Of a stretch of 64,000 nucleotides of DNA, positions 1 through 11,488 are shown piece after piece (position 1 is the stretch's first letter; the number at the start of each line of letters is the position of its first letter). The stretch is from positions 806,001 through 870,000 of the forward strand of contig OX337232.1 in assembly GCA_946965045.2 (NCBI GenBank), given 5' to 3'. The notes beneath the pieces are model-generated. The model worked only from the letters and a program-made list of their open reading frames with translations, did no database searches and was not told where the DNA came from. The position numbers and the translations under genes were made by a program. Origin of the DNA: Epithemia pelagica. Lineage: Eukaryota; Protista; Bacillariophyta.

Positions 1-798
1 TGCAACTCGGACGCTGTTTCGTCAATTGTTGCAATTGAGTTTCATAGTCTTGAACGCGTTCGTGCATGATTTGTCGCATCATGGCCGTTCCAAGCTGCCT
101 CGTTCTTGCAATTGTTGCACTTGCAATTCTTGTTGTTGGTACAAGGAGACTTGCAAGGCAGCCATTTGACCATGCAACTCTTGAATGATCATTTACAATC
201 TTGTTTCCACGAGCGCTTCGTGTTTCTGCAGACCTTGTTCGAACGACGAGACATGCCAGTGCGTGGCAACAAATTCAATGGTACGGTCCTCCTCGTTCCA
301 CGTGTGTTGTTGACGTCGTGGTTGTTATTGTTGCAATTGTTTGACTTGGTGTTGCAATTCCTCCACTTGGTGTCGATATTGTTGGGATTCGTGGAGCAAG
401 TGCGTCAACAGTGTGGACCACACCGCGGAGTGTGTCGTCGTTTCGAGTCCGGTTTGGTCGGGTGTAGCAGCATCCGTGGGCAATACTGGTGATTGTGTAT
501 TAACCACTACAACCTGAGCTACTGGTTCCTCCATCGCACCATCACTGTCCGTCGATTCGTCCTAGTCGTCGTTGGGGCAACTCGCGTCCAACTCATTGTC
601 ATCGTCGTCGTCTGATAGTGGTAGAGATGCGTGTGACTCAGTGGGGGACTGGAATCGCTCGTTGTCGACAGTGAATCGTCCAAACAAGTATGAGCTTTCT
701 GTTCGTCGTTCTCGTGATGTAACACATCCTTGTCATCTGGGGAATCGCCCAACAGATGTGGTCGTGGTTGCTAGAGGCAGTGATACCATGAAGTCCAT
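1..798 (-). pseudogene. Decayed Gln-rich coiled-coil protein gene (runs off the window start)
   Basis: One frame from ATG 798 (MDFMVSLPL...) reads as a coherent acidic then Gln-rich protein through four in-frame stops: TGA ~735, TAG ~563, TAA 325, TAA ~190. A probable frameshift near 85 leads to MMRQIMHERVQDYETQLQQL. Confidence 0.65.
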
Positions 799-1085
799 AA
801 CTGAAACAAAGGGAACAGAGCTTGTTGGTGTTGTGCTATTACTTTAGTTGGCGTTGGGCGCGTTCCACGACAGGCAGGTTCGTCAAAGTGCCCACATTCT
901 AGAACCGCATCTCCATGATGCAATGTAATACCACCCAACAAAGTGCTGTGCTTCAGTTCTTTGCACTACTCGTTATATATCTTCTATCGTCGTATTCAGT
1001 TGGAGACCAACGCGAACATTCCCATAATTTCCGGTCGGCTCGTCCCAAACCCCATTTGTAGTCCCACGTGCTCGACGTACGACTT

Positions 1086-1514
1086 TTACGTCAACCAAGG
1101 TAAAGAATTTCCCTGTTCGGCAACCGTCTGCTTCTTGAGCCAAGCGACAGCCCCGTCATTCAATAAATTACTGCGTTGATGGGTAGATAAGCTTTTAGCA
1201 GTCACACCTTTCTTTGCATCAATCAATATTTGTATTTCATGTTTTTTCTTTTCGTTATTTGTCTCCAGTTTCTTGAGTTCCAGTTGAAAGATTTCTTCAC
1301 TTTCTTTCAAGCTGGTTTGAAAGATTTTTTGGTCTTCCATGCGCATAGTATCCATCTTGTTGTTCGCCACATATGCAATGACTAAAGGTACAAGAGCAGA
1401 AATTGCAACAGAAATCGCAGCAATAGTATTTGCAGTGTCAGCTTTGTCCAGAGACTTTTGGGCTGCATCGACATTGGCCACTAGGAGTTCTTTCGTGAAA
1501 AAGCCGTCCGACAT
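1086..1514 (-). CDS. Small protein with one predicted TM helix and a coiled coil (~142 aa)
   Basis: First ATG at 1514 (MSDGFFTKE...). Hydrophobic stretch AAISVAISALVPLVIAYVA is followed by a K/E-rich helix. No family recognised. Confidence 0.5.
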   Translation of the reverse strand: MSDGFFTKELLVANVDAAQKSLDKADTANTIAAISVAISALVPLVIAYVANNKMDTMRMEDQKIFQTSLKESEEIFQLELKKLETNNEKKKHEIQILIDAKKGVTAKSLSTHQRSNLLNDGAVAWLKKQTVAEQGNSLPWLT

Positions 1515-1596
1515 GAACACTAAGGAACTCCAAGTCGCCAATGTCGAGGCAGCCCAAAAGTCTCTCGACAAAGCTGACACTGCAAATACTATTGCT
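1419..1596. repeat. Inverted repeat / hairpin, 72-bp arms (4 mismatches), 34-nt loop
   Basis: 1419-1490 is the reverse complement of 1525-1596, so both strands encode SALSRDFWAASTLAT. Confidence 0.95.
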
Positions 1597-1599
1597 ATG

Positions 1600-1732
1600 T
1601 TGTGAGTTGTGAGCTTGCGAACCGTGGATTTTTGTGAGTTGTAAGCATTCGAACATGGAAGCTTTTCCCTTGATGCTCTCTATTCAGTCCATTTGCGAGC
1701 AAAACCACTTAGATGGACGACCTGCAGAAAGT
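1600..1732 (-). repeat. ~130-bp dispersed repeat, copy 1
   Basis: Its reverse complement aligns to 17158-17272 (ACTTTCTGCAGG...TTTTGCTC[G/A]CAAATGGAC...ATCCACGGTTCGCAA...CTCACAAC). Confidence 0.85.
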
Positions 1733-1960
1733 TGCCTTTGAAGAAAGAAGAACGGCAAATAGCAAGCTTCCCAACAGGCAACACCATTTGCTTGTCATCT
1801 TGTTGAAGAGGGGACACAAACAATTCAATTGATCAGAAACGCTTTTTAAATTTGCACGGCGACTCATGGCAACAAAGTAACTCTCACGACAATGAAGGAG
1901 AGAGGACCAGTGGGTTTGGCAACAGTTGGTGGTTCAGTCAAGATTTCTGCGCGACCAAAA

Positions 1961-2359
1961 ATGAATGGTGATAAGCGAGGGTGGTGGTCCGCACGTCGCA
2001 CGTCGTCCATCCATCGCCAGTCCAAGATGCGACGCAAAAGCGATCTGAACAATCGCGAGGAGGAGTCCCGACCAAAACATGGCGGGATCAAAATCGACCC
2101 CAGGCTTCACACAATTGTGAAATGCATGCCTCTTCCAGAGTTGGACCAGTACACCATGAACTCTTGTACCTCGGCTTTGTTGAAGAAGAAAGCAGAACAG
2201 GAGAAAGCCTTTGGTCCTGATCTTCAACAAACCCCGACTAAGACGACTACGATGAATAGCGACTTCAAAACGTCGATCGTAGAATCGCTGGTTGTGGACC
2301 ATGCCAATTACCGGTGCGCCCTCCAAGTTCGAAGTTGCCTTGACGGATATCAATGCTAA
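1961..2359 (+). CDS. Hypothetical protein, possibly the 5' part of a degraded gene extending to ~2745
   Basis: ORF only; short downstream ORFs lie in other frames and no motif is recognised. Confidence 0.25.
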   Translation: MNGDKRGWWSARRTSSIHRQSKMRRKSDLNNREEESRPKHGGIKIDPRLHTIVKCMPLPELDQYTMNSCTSALLKKKAEQEKAFGPDLQQTPTKTTTMNSDFKTSIVESLVVDHANYRCALQVRSCLDGYQC

Positions 2360-2933
2360 ATATCTGGCGGTTCACTCCATCTCCCCTTTTTGAAGTACAG
2401 TACCTTTCTCACTTGCTGTAGGACGAAGAACTTTTGCGGTACAAGGCGAGAAAAGTCAACAAGTGATTCCTATCCCTCGTCGAGCAGTTCCAATGCTTCT
2501 TGTAAACATTGTTCTTTCGTGTGGACACTTGTTCCCCGTACCCCCTTGTGTCCAAGCAGACGATGGAAACATTGTTCGGCGGACGAAATGATGATGCTGG
2601 AAACTCCGTACCGAATTGCGTGAATGCGGAAAAGCTTTCGGGAAATCCCACTGAGTTCCGCATGTCAGACGCTCGTTGTGGAACGGAGGAGGACGGAACA
2701 TGCTTGTCGATAATAGATAAGACGACTCCTCATGGAGGCATGTAACAGTGCGGAACGAACACCGTGTCACTAGTAATTACAGACTTAGAAAAGTTGATCC
2801 ATAACAAACCGTCCGGCCATACCATCGACTCCATAGATTGACCTTTTAGCACCGGAGACAACGGCTCTTCAATCCGATGCACAGACTTTCAACATCAATA
2901 GGGAATGTAGTGACGCAAAAAAGACTTTTGTGT

Positions 2934-4943
2934 CTACTCGTCTTCTTGGAGCTCATCCTGTTTGTCCAACAACAAGGACTCTGCCACCAAACTGAGCCAT
3001 TTGCGCAACAGGACATGATAAAGTTCGACACCAAGATGAACCAACTTTTTGCCGCGCCTATTTTCAGCATCGATTTGTCGATGATCGGGTCGGCTCAGGC
3101 TTAACCAAAAGGCATCCACAACGGGAATGTCATGGTCTTGCATGATGTGCCAAGCAATCTGGTTGAACTCGTGACAAGCCTGCGAATCCAAGGGGTATTC
3201 TTGGAACTGTGTGGCCGGCCAGGAAAAGCCATAATTGCCCCATTTGAGCCATCCGGCTGTTGTGGTTTGGAAGACACGCAATTGAAAAGGAAAGGCTTGG
3301 ATTAAAGAAACCAGTTTCTCGAGATTTTTGCGATATTCAGTCACACACGAAAATTCTTGTTCCGAAATTCCAAGGTTTTGTTGACGACTGTGCACAAATC
3401 GGTGAGAACACAATCGAGCAATGTCGTGCAATCCCGCATTGAAAAACAAAAAGAATTTGGTCGTGGGAGAGGAATCACGCATCAGTTGGTGGAGGCCTTG
3501 CTGAATTTCCTGTAACCGCATATGGAGACCATCGTTGGTACGAAGGACAATGCTCTGAACCCGATTGAAAAAGTGTTGCTGCTCCAAGACTTTTTGTAAG
3601 GCCATCATGTTGGAATCTCCCACAAAGACAAGGTAAATATCGGACGTATCTGGATTGGATGGAAAACGGTCCACAAGTTGCTTCAAGGGCAAAAGATGAC
3701 ACTTGGCCATTTGATACTCCATTTGAAACCCGATCGAATTGTGTCCTTGCTGATATCCCCCAAACACTGTTTCATTGTTTTCGTCCAACCGGGGCAAGCC
3801 GTGCGGGGAAAGCGACATGACTTTGGATACCACTGTCCAGGTTCCTTGTTGCAGGGCACTGGTGGTCGAAGTTTCGTATAAATCCTTTCGTCCACACAAA
3901 GGCAGGGTACTCTTGTTCGAAGAGGTCTCGCTTTGGTTCAAAACGTCCATCGATTGGTTGTGCCAAGAAGGAACAACAGTCAGAAGCGCCGGCATGTGAG
4001 GCAAGAGATATCCTTCATATGCTGGTTCGGGTACAGTCAAGGGAAACTCTTGAATGGATGGAACATGAGAAAAGGTCAAGACCACTTCCACGAAATGTTT
4101 TCCAGGTTTCAAGAACAGTAAAGTTGCCTCATACCAGACAAGAGTCTCATACTTGTGTTTGTGCTGCTGGAACGAGGAGTTGGTTTGATTGCGAGGTTCC
4201 TCTGTTTGTGTTTGTTGCTGTCGTCTTCGTTGCACAGTACCAGTGACAAGGGTGGGTCCATAGGCACGAAGATAAAACATGGCTCGTCGTTGTTGATTAG
4301 GAGGAGGAGTCTCTTGTGGCATGAACGTCTTTGGAGGATTGCACACAATGTGCATCACAAAAGGAATCCCCACTTGGGGACGTCGCCCCATGGGGTACCG
4401 GACCGAATACCACGAGGCTGTCGTAACAGCTGGTCGTGCCCAACCCGTATATCCTGGTAACTCTCCCATGTTCAAGGACACTACAGACGATCCTGTTCCG
4501 TAATGGGACAGCGCTTGATGCGCCATGGTGGTGGTAAACGGGTCAAGTGTACCGTCGGACCGACGGAAACCAGTCGTAGTACTATTGTCCTGCAAGGCGC
4601 CTGCTTTGTCGAGACTGCTTCCTTCATGTTCTTTCTCCTGTTCTATGTGTTCCTCATCTGAACCGAGCAAGGGATTCCTGCGCAAAAGAACGAAACCATT
4701 GGCGTTGGATCCTGGATGTGGTTGTTTGAAAGACTGCGGCAGCGCACGGTCCTTGGTTCGTTCTTCCACTGGAAACAGGGCCCCCAACATTCCTCCACAT
4801 ACCACAAGAACTACAAGAAGCACAAGAAATCGTCGTTGCAACATTCTCCTCCAACGACGTTGCCACGCATCACCTCGACTTGGACCCAACAGCCCGAGGA
4901 TGCTCATGATTGTTCTTGGATACCGTACTGGTTGGTGGTGCAT
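2934..4943 (-). CDS. Type II membrane SGNH/PC-esterase (NXPE/TBL-like) protein, 669 aa
   Basis: N-terminal TM anchor (FLVLLVVLVVCGGMLGALF), Ig-like segment (KPGKHFVEVVLTFS), and motifs VFVGDSN, FNAGLHD and a C-terminal D..H region. Confidence 0.75.
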   Translation of the reverse strand: MHHQPVRYPRTIMSILGLLGPSRGDAWQRRWRRMLQRRFLVLLVVLVVCGGMLGALFPVEERTKDRALPQSFKQPHPGSNANGFVLLRRNPLLGSDEEHIEQEKEHEGSSLDKAGALQDNSTTTGFRRSDGTLDPFTTTMAHQALSHYGTGSSVVSLNMGELPGYTGWARPAVTTASWYSVRYPMGRRPQVGIPFVMHIVCNPPKTFMPQETPPPNQQRRAMFYLRAYGPTLVTGTVQRRRQQQTQTEEPRNQTNSSFQQHKHKYETLVWYEATLLFLKPGKHFVEVVLTFSHVPSIQEFPLTVPEPAYEGYLLPHMPALLTVVPSWHNQSMDVLNQSETSSNKSTLPLCGRKDLYETSTTSALQQGTWTVVSKVMSLSPHGLPRLDENNETVFGGYQQGHNSIGFQMEYQMAKCHLLPLKQLVDRFPSNPDTSDIYLVFVGDSNMMALQKVLEQQHFFNRVQSIVLRTNDGLHMRLQEIQQGLHQLMRDSSPTTKFFLFFNAGLHDIARLCSHRFVHSRQQNLGISEQEFSCVTEYRKNLEKLVSLIQAFPFQLRVFQTTTAGWLKWGNYGFSWPATQFQEYPLDSQACHEFNQIAWHIMQDHDIPVVDAFWLSLSRPDHRQIDAENRRGKKLVHLGVELYHVLLRKWLSLVAESLLLDKQDELQEDE

Positions 4944-6141
4944 ACTTTAAGAGACAAAGCGAGCGAGCAAACTTGCAAGTGAGAGCGAGCAACCAGCCAC
5001 AGAAAGCGTTTTGGTAGTGTCGTTCGGGCCAAAGAAGAAAGTAATCCTCTCTTGGTTGTGTGCGTCTGTGAGATCAATGGTATGGTTTCGTTTGAAGGCG
5101 ACTTGTGGTTGTTTACCCACACATGAGAGACAAAGCAAGAGACTTGGTCGCAAGCACTCCCAACAACAACAACGAGTTCCCTCCGAACTCCGAAGCCATT
5201 CTGTTTTTTTTGTGTGACTCGTTGTGCGTTGCTTCCTTTGGAACGAGGAGGCTTTGGTTGTTTGGAAGGGAGAATGGAAGGTCGAGTCGGATCGGCTTTC
5301 TCAACGAGGTACAGAATTTCTCGTGTTTTCCGGAAAGAGCACCTCTTCTGCTTACGCAATGTCTTGTTGGGTTCGTGGTTTCTCCACCTTGTGAGTATAT
5401 GCGATCGGCATGGAACACAACCCAAACAGACACCTAATTCCATCTCCAATGTCAGAGCTCCCTCTCTCTCTCTCTGACTCTTGTCGCGTTTTTTCTCTCA
5501 TCGGTCATTGACCCCAAGGATGGAAACGGAGTACAGTGTAAGAATCGGCCTATTGATTGGAGTATTCGTCGGGATTCTGAGCCATCCGTCGACAGAGTCT
5601 GTCAATAGCTGGGGCAGCAGCAGTGGAGGAATCAGTCATATCGAAGAAAGGGCCGTCAGCCGTCAGTGTTTGAAATCCCCGCATGTCAAACGCAAAGTGG
5701 ACATGAAGAATCAAGCTCGGAATAATAAATCCTCCGAGCACTTTGCCTGTCGTTCCAAAACCACACCTCTAGCCTCTCAAGGACATGCGATCCCGATCTT
5801 CAAAACAATCGAGGGTGGTCTTAGTGTCGTCGCTGGTTGACATGGTGTTGGGTGTTGCTGCTCATGGTGGTGACATTTTTTTCTTCGGTCGCTGTTTACA
5901 ACGTGGGGAAGTGTGGTCGTGGTCCGTGACAGACAGTCAGTAGACTACTTGTAGTCAGTAGTGACAGGTCGGTGGAGTGATAAGGCCGCAACGCGCGCCA
6001 TACCAGATGCACCGGCTCGCACGACTGACGACTGCATGCGATCCAAAATCCTTCCGAGCTGTTTCGTCGTCTTGTATATCCATCCTCAACAAAAGAGACG
6101 ACGACAAAGACCCACAATCTTGGAATATCTATCGCTATACC

Positions 6142-7118
6142 ATGGCGGCACTTCGATCCTATCCACAAAGAAGAAGCAACAGGAGGGATGTACTCGTGTT
6201 GTTGTTGTGGTGGTTCAGTGTCGTCGCCTTGTCGACCATGACGACCACGACGACACGAACAAGCACAACCGTCCTGGCGTTTTCGACTCTTCCACGGCTT
6301 GACAATAACAGATTGTCGCTGCTGTTGTTGCGGAATGCCAAACCGGAACAAAAGGGCAATGATGTTGAGAAGGATCAAGAAGATACAGTATTTGTGCAGA
6401 ATGCCGTGACCAAGGCATCCTGGTATGCCGCCGAAGCCTTGGGCAAGGTGGTGGGTGCCTGGCGACGACCCGACCAGGACGACAACGACGCTGCGGCCCG
6501 TGTCAATGTGTCACAGCCTCCACAGTCCATTGCCGAAACCTTGCTTCGTTTGAAACAAGACAATACCCGCAACTATTTCCTATCGGGACAAGTCGATCGT
6601 CTCATTTACGATCCCGATTGTACCTTTGCCGATCCCTTTGTCAGTTTTGAGGGTCGTGATCGATTTGTTGACAATTTGGCCAATTTGGGATCCTTTGTGT
6701 CCAATTATCAAGTCCGACTCTTGCAATACGACGAGGATCCAACGACGGACAACCAGAACGACAGCAACGACTCGAACAATGTGGTACGAGTCACGACCAA
6801 ATTCATGGTCAAATTGCAATTGGACATTTTGCCCTGGAAACCCATTTTGGCGTGGCCCTGGGGTGTCACGTGTGAGATTGATCCCCAAACCAATCTAATT
6901 GTGCAACATACCGAAGCCTGGGATATTGAACCATGGGAGGTACGTGGTGTTTGTGCTCTCGACGGTCCGTTTGGAGAGAAACAGTCCTTGTTCTTGGGCC
7001 TTTCGAGACTCTATTCTTTTGCTCACACACATGTTTTGTCGACGAACCGTAGGGTGTGAAACAAGTCTTTCGGAAACCAACCACAACCATTACAGACAGC
7101 TCATCGTCGTCTTCCTAG
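6142..7118 (+). CDS. Plastid-targeted SnoaL/NTF2-like DUF2358 protein, 2 exons (intron 6940-7052)
   Basis: IYDPDCTFADPFVSFEGRDRF...HTEAWD. GTACGT donor at 6940 and CGTAG acceptor at 7052 splice in frame to GVKQVFRKP...* . Signal peptide plus VLAF motif. Confidence 0.85.
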
Positions 7119-7581
7119 ATGACAGTCACAAGAACCCAGAAGAAAGGTTGGAGAGAATGGTGGTGCAGCAGCAAGCACATTGGTTGGAATGGACCTTGTA
7201 TATCGGCAGATGGACGAATCGGCAAAAGCAATCGTGGTGGTTACAGAAAACAATCCTCTTTGGGGAATCTCGCTGTGTGGGATTGCGGTTTTGCCACCAC
7301 TGTATATTACCAACGACAGCGTTTCGTCGTTTGGATGATGATGATGATGGTGGTGCAGGGGATTGTCAAGGCACTGTCATGTAGGAACTATATAGAGCCC
7401 TATCGTACGAGATAACGCACTGTGAGTAAAGACAGTAGAATATTTATGTAGACAAAACGATACGGTATATCACATGTTTCGTTACGTCATGAGCGCCCAA
7501 TACCTTTATTGAATATCACCATGACAATATATATTTTATGGACATGTGGAATTTCGAATTGTGTCATGCAACGCCCACTCA

Positions 7582-9581
7582 TCATCGTACTTGTTTCTCC
7601 AGGTTTGCCACGAGGGCAGCCGAAGCGGCCGTAGGTCCCCCTCCACACCCCAACCAACCCCTGGTGAAACATTGCAACAGTACGGCATGAGGCGCAACGC
7701 TGTCACCGGGAAACTCGTCCCACACACGCAGATCATAGGCAGCCTTCCAACCCTTGGTGTCGTCGTCGTCCTGGTCGTTTTCGTTTCTGGATGTGCTTGT
7801 CATCCACGTGTGAACTTGTTGCAGTTTGGTCACGGCACTTGTGGCATTCACATGGTCGGACAAGGCCTTGCGGTAATCCATTCCAGGGAGATAGGCCCGG
7901 CCCATGTTGCCTTCTGGTATCCCCGACAGGGCTCGTGAATTTTCGGCAAAGGACTTGGTGTCATCCCATTTGGTTTTCAACAACATGCTATACCTCTTTT
8001 GGGCAAATTCAAACATTCCCAAGGATGCAATGACATTGTAACACCACAAGACGTGTCCAATTCCCGTACCATGGGTCGACTCTTGTTCGCAGTCTGGTAC
8101 ATTGACCAATCCACCCTTGTACCATTCCATTCCAAGCCTTTCTTGCATTCTGGATTGAATACGATCCATGGCAGGACGTAGATGGGTCTCGTTGTAGTGA
8201 TTGGACTTGTCTTGGGCAAACAATCGTGCCGCATACAAACAGTCCTCCAGATCTACCACACGAGCCAATCCCACACTGGCCGTATGAAAGTGATGTTTGT
8301 GCCAGGCCGTCAAGAGACTAAAGTCAATGGGCGACACGTCGGGTCCCAAGGTTTTGGCCAAGGTGGTACTTGGTCGATACATCATGCCACCCTTATCCAG
8401 TGGTGAAATGTTAAAGACACCCATATCCAATTCCAATGCTCGTTGGACGGCCCGCGCATTGCCATGACCACCATGCCCATCGGGTGTACCCTCGGCATGA
8501 TACGATCCCAAATAATGATAGTGTAAATTGACATAGGCAAACTTTTTGGATTCAATCAGCTCCAAAATGTTCTTGGCCGTCCCGTGAGTCGAAAATCCAA
8601 AATGCCGAATCTTGCCTTGCGTTTGGTATTCCAGCACGGCCGCCATGCAGGATTGTTCGTCGTCCGACAAGGCCCATTCGGTTGTTTCCGCCTTGGAAAT
8701 GCAATGAAAGGTCAACAAATCAATGTACTCCAACTTTTCCAAATGTGCCCAGCACTGCGCAAATTGTTTCTCAAATTCGTCGCGGTGTTTCGTGACGGGA
8801 ATTTTGGTTTGCAGAATAACGTCGGAGCGTTGAATTTCTCCCGCTTGAATCATGGTATACAAGGCATCGGCCACTTGATATTCCGACGTTCCATAATAGC
8901 GTGCAGTTTCAAAATGGTTGAGACCGTGTTTCAGACACCATCGCACGAGTTGGACGAGATTGTCTTGACTGGGACTGTGCAACACGTGCGAGGGTCGAGG
9001 TGCCACAAAGGGGACAAAATCCGGCATCCACGTGTATTGCACTCGCATGAGTCCGCAGGTAAGGATTGGTATTTGCAATTCCGTTTTGCCATAGCGGACT
9101 TTGGGACAGACAAAGTCGGTCGATCGGACAATGGAGGCTCTCTCAATCAATCGCCGGGTCAAGTCCAAGAGTTGGTCGTGTGTCAAGTCTCCTGTTCCGT
9201 ACCAAAAATCCAATTGACGTACAATCTTCACCAACGATTCGCCGCCAGTGAATCGATCTAGGGACTGAGCCAGCAGTTCCTTGACTTGAGGTCCCAATGT
9301 AGCATCCTGGAAAATCCTAGGCGTCGAACTGTGATGCCAAGATACCAAAAGAACAAAACGAGAAGAATGAAACGTTGTTGAGAGAGAGAGACTGTCGTTG
9401 GGAATTTCAATCCAGGGAATCGATTCACCGACACGAACCTTTTGTTTCGTTTTGCAGTTGTCACCCAGTACAACGTTCCTGCCGCCACCGCGGTGGTCGC
9501 GAGACTCGCCACAAGGGCAATGAGTCCCTGAGCCCATCCTCCCGTGCTGTCTTGGAAACGTGTCGATGTTGCGGAGGACAT
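7582..9581 (-). CDS. Aldo/keto reductase family protein with N-terminal TM; probable 5' intron (acceptor 9307)
   Basis: NHFETARYYGTSE, ILQTK, IDLLTFH, RHFGFSTHG, VNLHY motifs. The likely true N-terminus (MSSATSTRFQD...TM) is in another frame; the donor site is not resolved. Confidence 0.85.
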
Positions 9582-10225
9582 TATATGGTCGGTCGGCATT
9601 ATGCCGATGCAGCACTGCTACAGAGAATCTTAGTCATGATTTTGATAGTCATGTTTTTGGATATGATGACGATTTGCACAGTGTGTGCTAGAGAATATGT
9701 GGTTCGGCATTCGACATGCTGTGGAAGATGCGGACGTAAGAATGTGAGACCTGTGAGAAAAAATGTGACTCCTCGCCTCCTCATCGCTCTCGCCCCCCCC
9801 CTTACGTATCGTTCGGCGTCGATCGCGTTTAAGGGTCGCGTATGATAGGTTCTGCGACCACGTTTTTTTGGGTCGCTCACGATTGGCCGCGACGGCCCCG
9901 CAACATGTTTCTGCAATGGTGGTGGACCTTTGCGATGCCAAGAATGTGGAGAGTGCGGGTGAGTTTACATCTGAATCAATCGCATTCTCGAGAGAGTTGA
10001 ATGATGCCCATGATTGCGAGAGTGCCTTTCTCAAGTCTTGATACGACCACCAAAGAAAGAAATGGTACAACTAAAAACGGAGAACGAGAGTGAGAACCAT
10101 CCCAACGCGACGGGGAGGATGCTGTGACACACACGTCTCCACGTTCCGCACGTCGTTTGACACCATAAAATAATGCTCTACCGAATCCAACAACCTGTGT
10201 CCAAACCAGACAAGCGCATCCGACA

Positions 10226-11311
10226 ATGAATGTTTTTGGCTTGTTGAAATTCTTTTATTTGTGGCTCTCGCAGTGGTGGAAGAAACACCCACAGACCAAG
10301 ACTTATTGGACGACGACAACGACACCACCAATGCTGGATTCCAATCAAATGACAAGTGTGGATACGAACAACACCTTACAGCCGAACTTGGACGTGGACC
10401 CAGTCGTCGACCATCCACCACCAGATGACAGGAGGAGCAAGAATGACTCTGTTGGTGGTTTCACCAGAATGGACCCAACCGGTAGATTCCTCCGCGTCGT
10501 TGTGATTGGTGAGACTGGTTCCGGCAAGAGTACGACCATCAATGCTCTTGCTGGCAAACAAGTGGTGGAAACGAGTGACAGTGCTCGTGGATGCACAGAC
10601 CATCACACTACCGTGACCATCCAGGATTCCCATGGTATTTCCTATGAGTTTGTCGATACCATTGGGTTGAATGAAGTCACGACCGGGACGGTGGATCCCC
10701 AACGCGCTCTGGCCAACTTTTTGGCCTTTTTGCGCGACAATCAACAGGGATTCAATCTCATTTTATTTTGCGTGAGACGAGATCGATTGACGCAACAAGC
10801 ACAGGCCACTTACAATGTCATGGTCAAGAAACTGTACAGTCAAGCCGCGACCGAACCTCCACCAGTCCTTATTTTTGTCAGTGGCATCTTTGTGAAACAA
10901 GCCACTCCCCAAGATTGGTGCATCGAAAACCGACAAGCCTTTGTCCAGGCCGGACTGGAGGAGGCCGATGCAACCGTGGATGGCCTGCACTGCCTTTCCT
11001 TGCCCAGTAACAGTCCCAATGTGGTCCTGGAACGAGCCGAAATTCGGGAGAAATCGACGCAACGGGCCTGGACCCAGGTTCGAACGCGAGCTTCTCCCGA
11101 ACCGCGTCCCCTGTATTCCAATGCATCCGAAATGATTCATTTGGGAATTTTCTTGTGGAATTTGTTTGTCGATCTATGTTCCAGTATTCCGTCACCGGTT
11201 CATGGAAATTTGAAAAATGCCTTTGGACTGGTCAAGAAGCTTCCGCAACAAATTCGTCACCTCGTGGAAGCCATGGGAATCAACGCAGAAGAGGCCATGG
11301 CCTTGTGGTAA
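10226..11311 (+). CDS. AIG1/TRAFAC-class P-loop GTPase, 361 aa
   Basis: VVVIGETGSGKSTTINAL (G1) and FVDTIG (G3). Confidence 0.85.
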   Translation: MNVFGLLKFFYLWLSQWWKKHPQTKTYWTTTTTPPMLDSNQMTSVDTNNTLQPNLDVDPVVDHPPPDDRRSKNDSVGGFTRMDPTGRFLRVVVIGETGSGKSTTINALAGKQVVETSDSARGCTDHHTTVTIQDSHGISYEFVDTIGLNEVTTGTVDPQRALANFLAFLRDNQQGFNLILFCVRRDRLTQQAQATYNVMVKKLYSQAATEPPPVLIFVSGIFVKQATPQDWCIENRQAFVQAGLEEADATVDGLHCLSLPSNSPNVVLERAEIREKSTQRAWTQVRTRASPEPRPLYSNASEMIHLGIFLWNLFVDLCSSIPSPVHGNLKNAFGLVKKLPQQIRHLVEAMGINAEEAMALW

Positions 11312-11488
11312 TGGTTTTTTAAAGAATAGGACTAACTTGCAGAACAAGGGCAGAAAAGCAGAATCGTCTCTTTCCTCAACTTCTCTTTCTTTATATACGA
11401 GCAATGGTAATATCATTCGATGTCAGACAAGACAAATCTGCTTCATACGAATGCCGACATCAACCCGTAGTTCTATCACTACACAAGA

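Noticed and set aside
1-798. Alternative genetic code (TAA/TAG = Gln)
   Set aside because: Neighbouring intact genes terminate in TAA, TAG and TGA, and the same frame also has a TGA and a frameshift.
7582-9615. 677-aa AKR ORF start as given in the ORF track
   Set aside because: The N-terminal ~100 aa look like read-through of an intron or wrong frame; a TM-bearing start at 9581 in another frame is more plausible.
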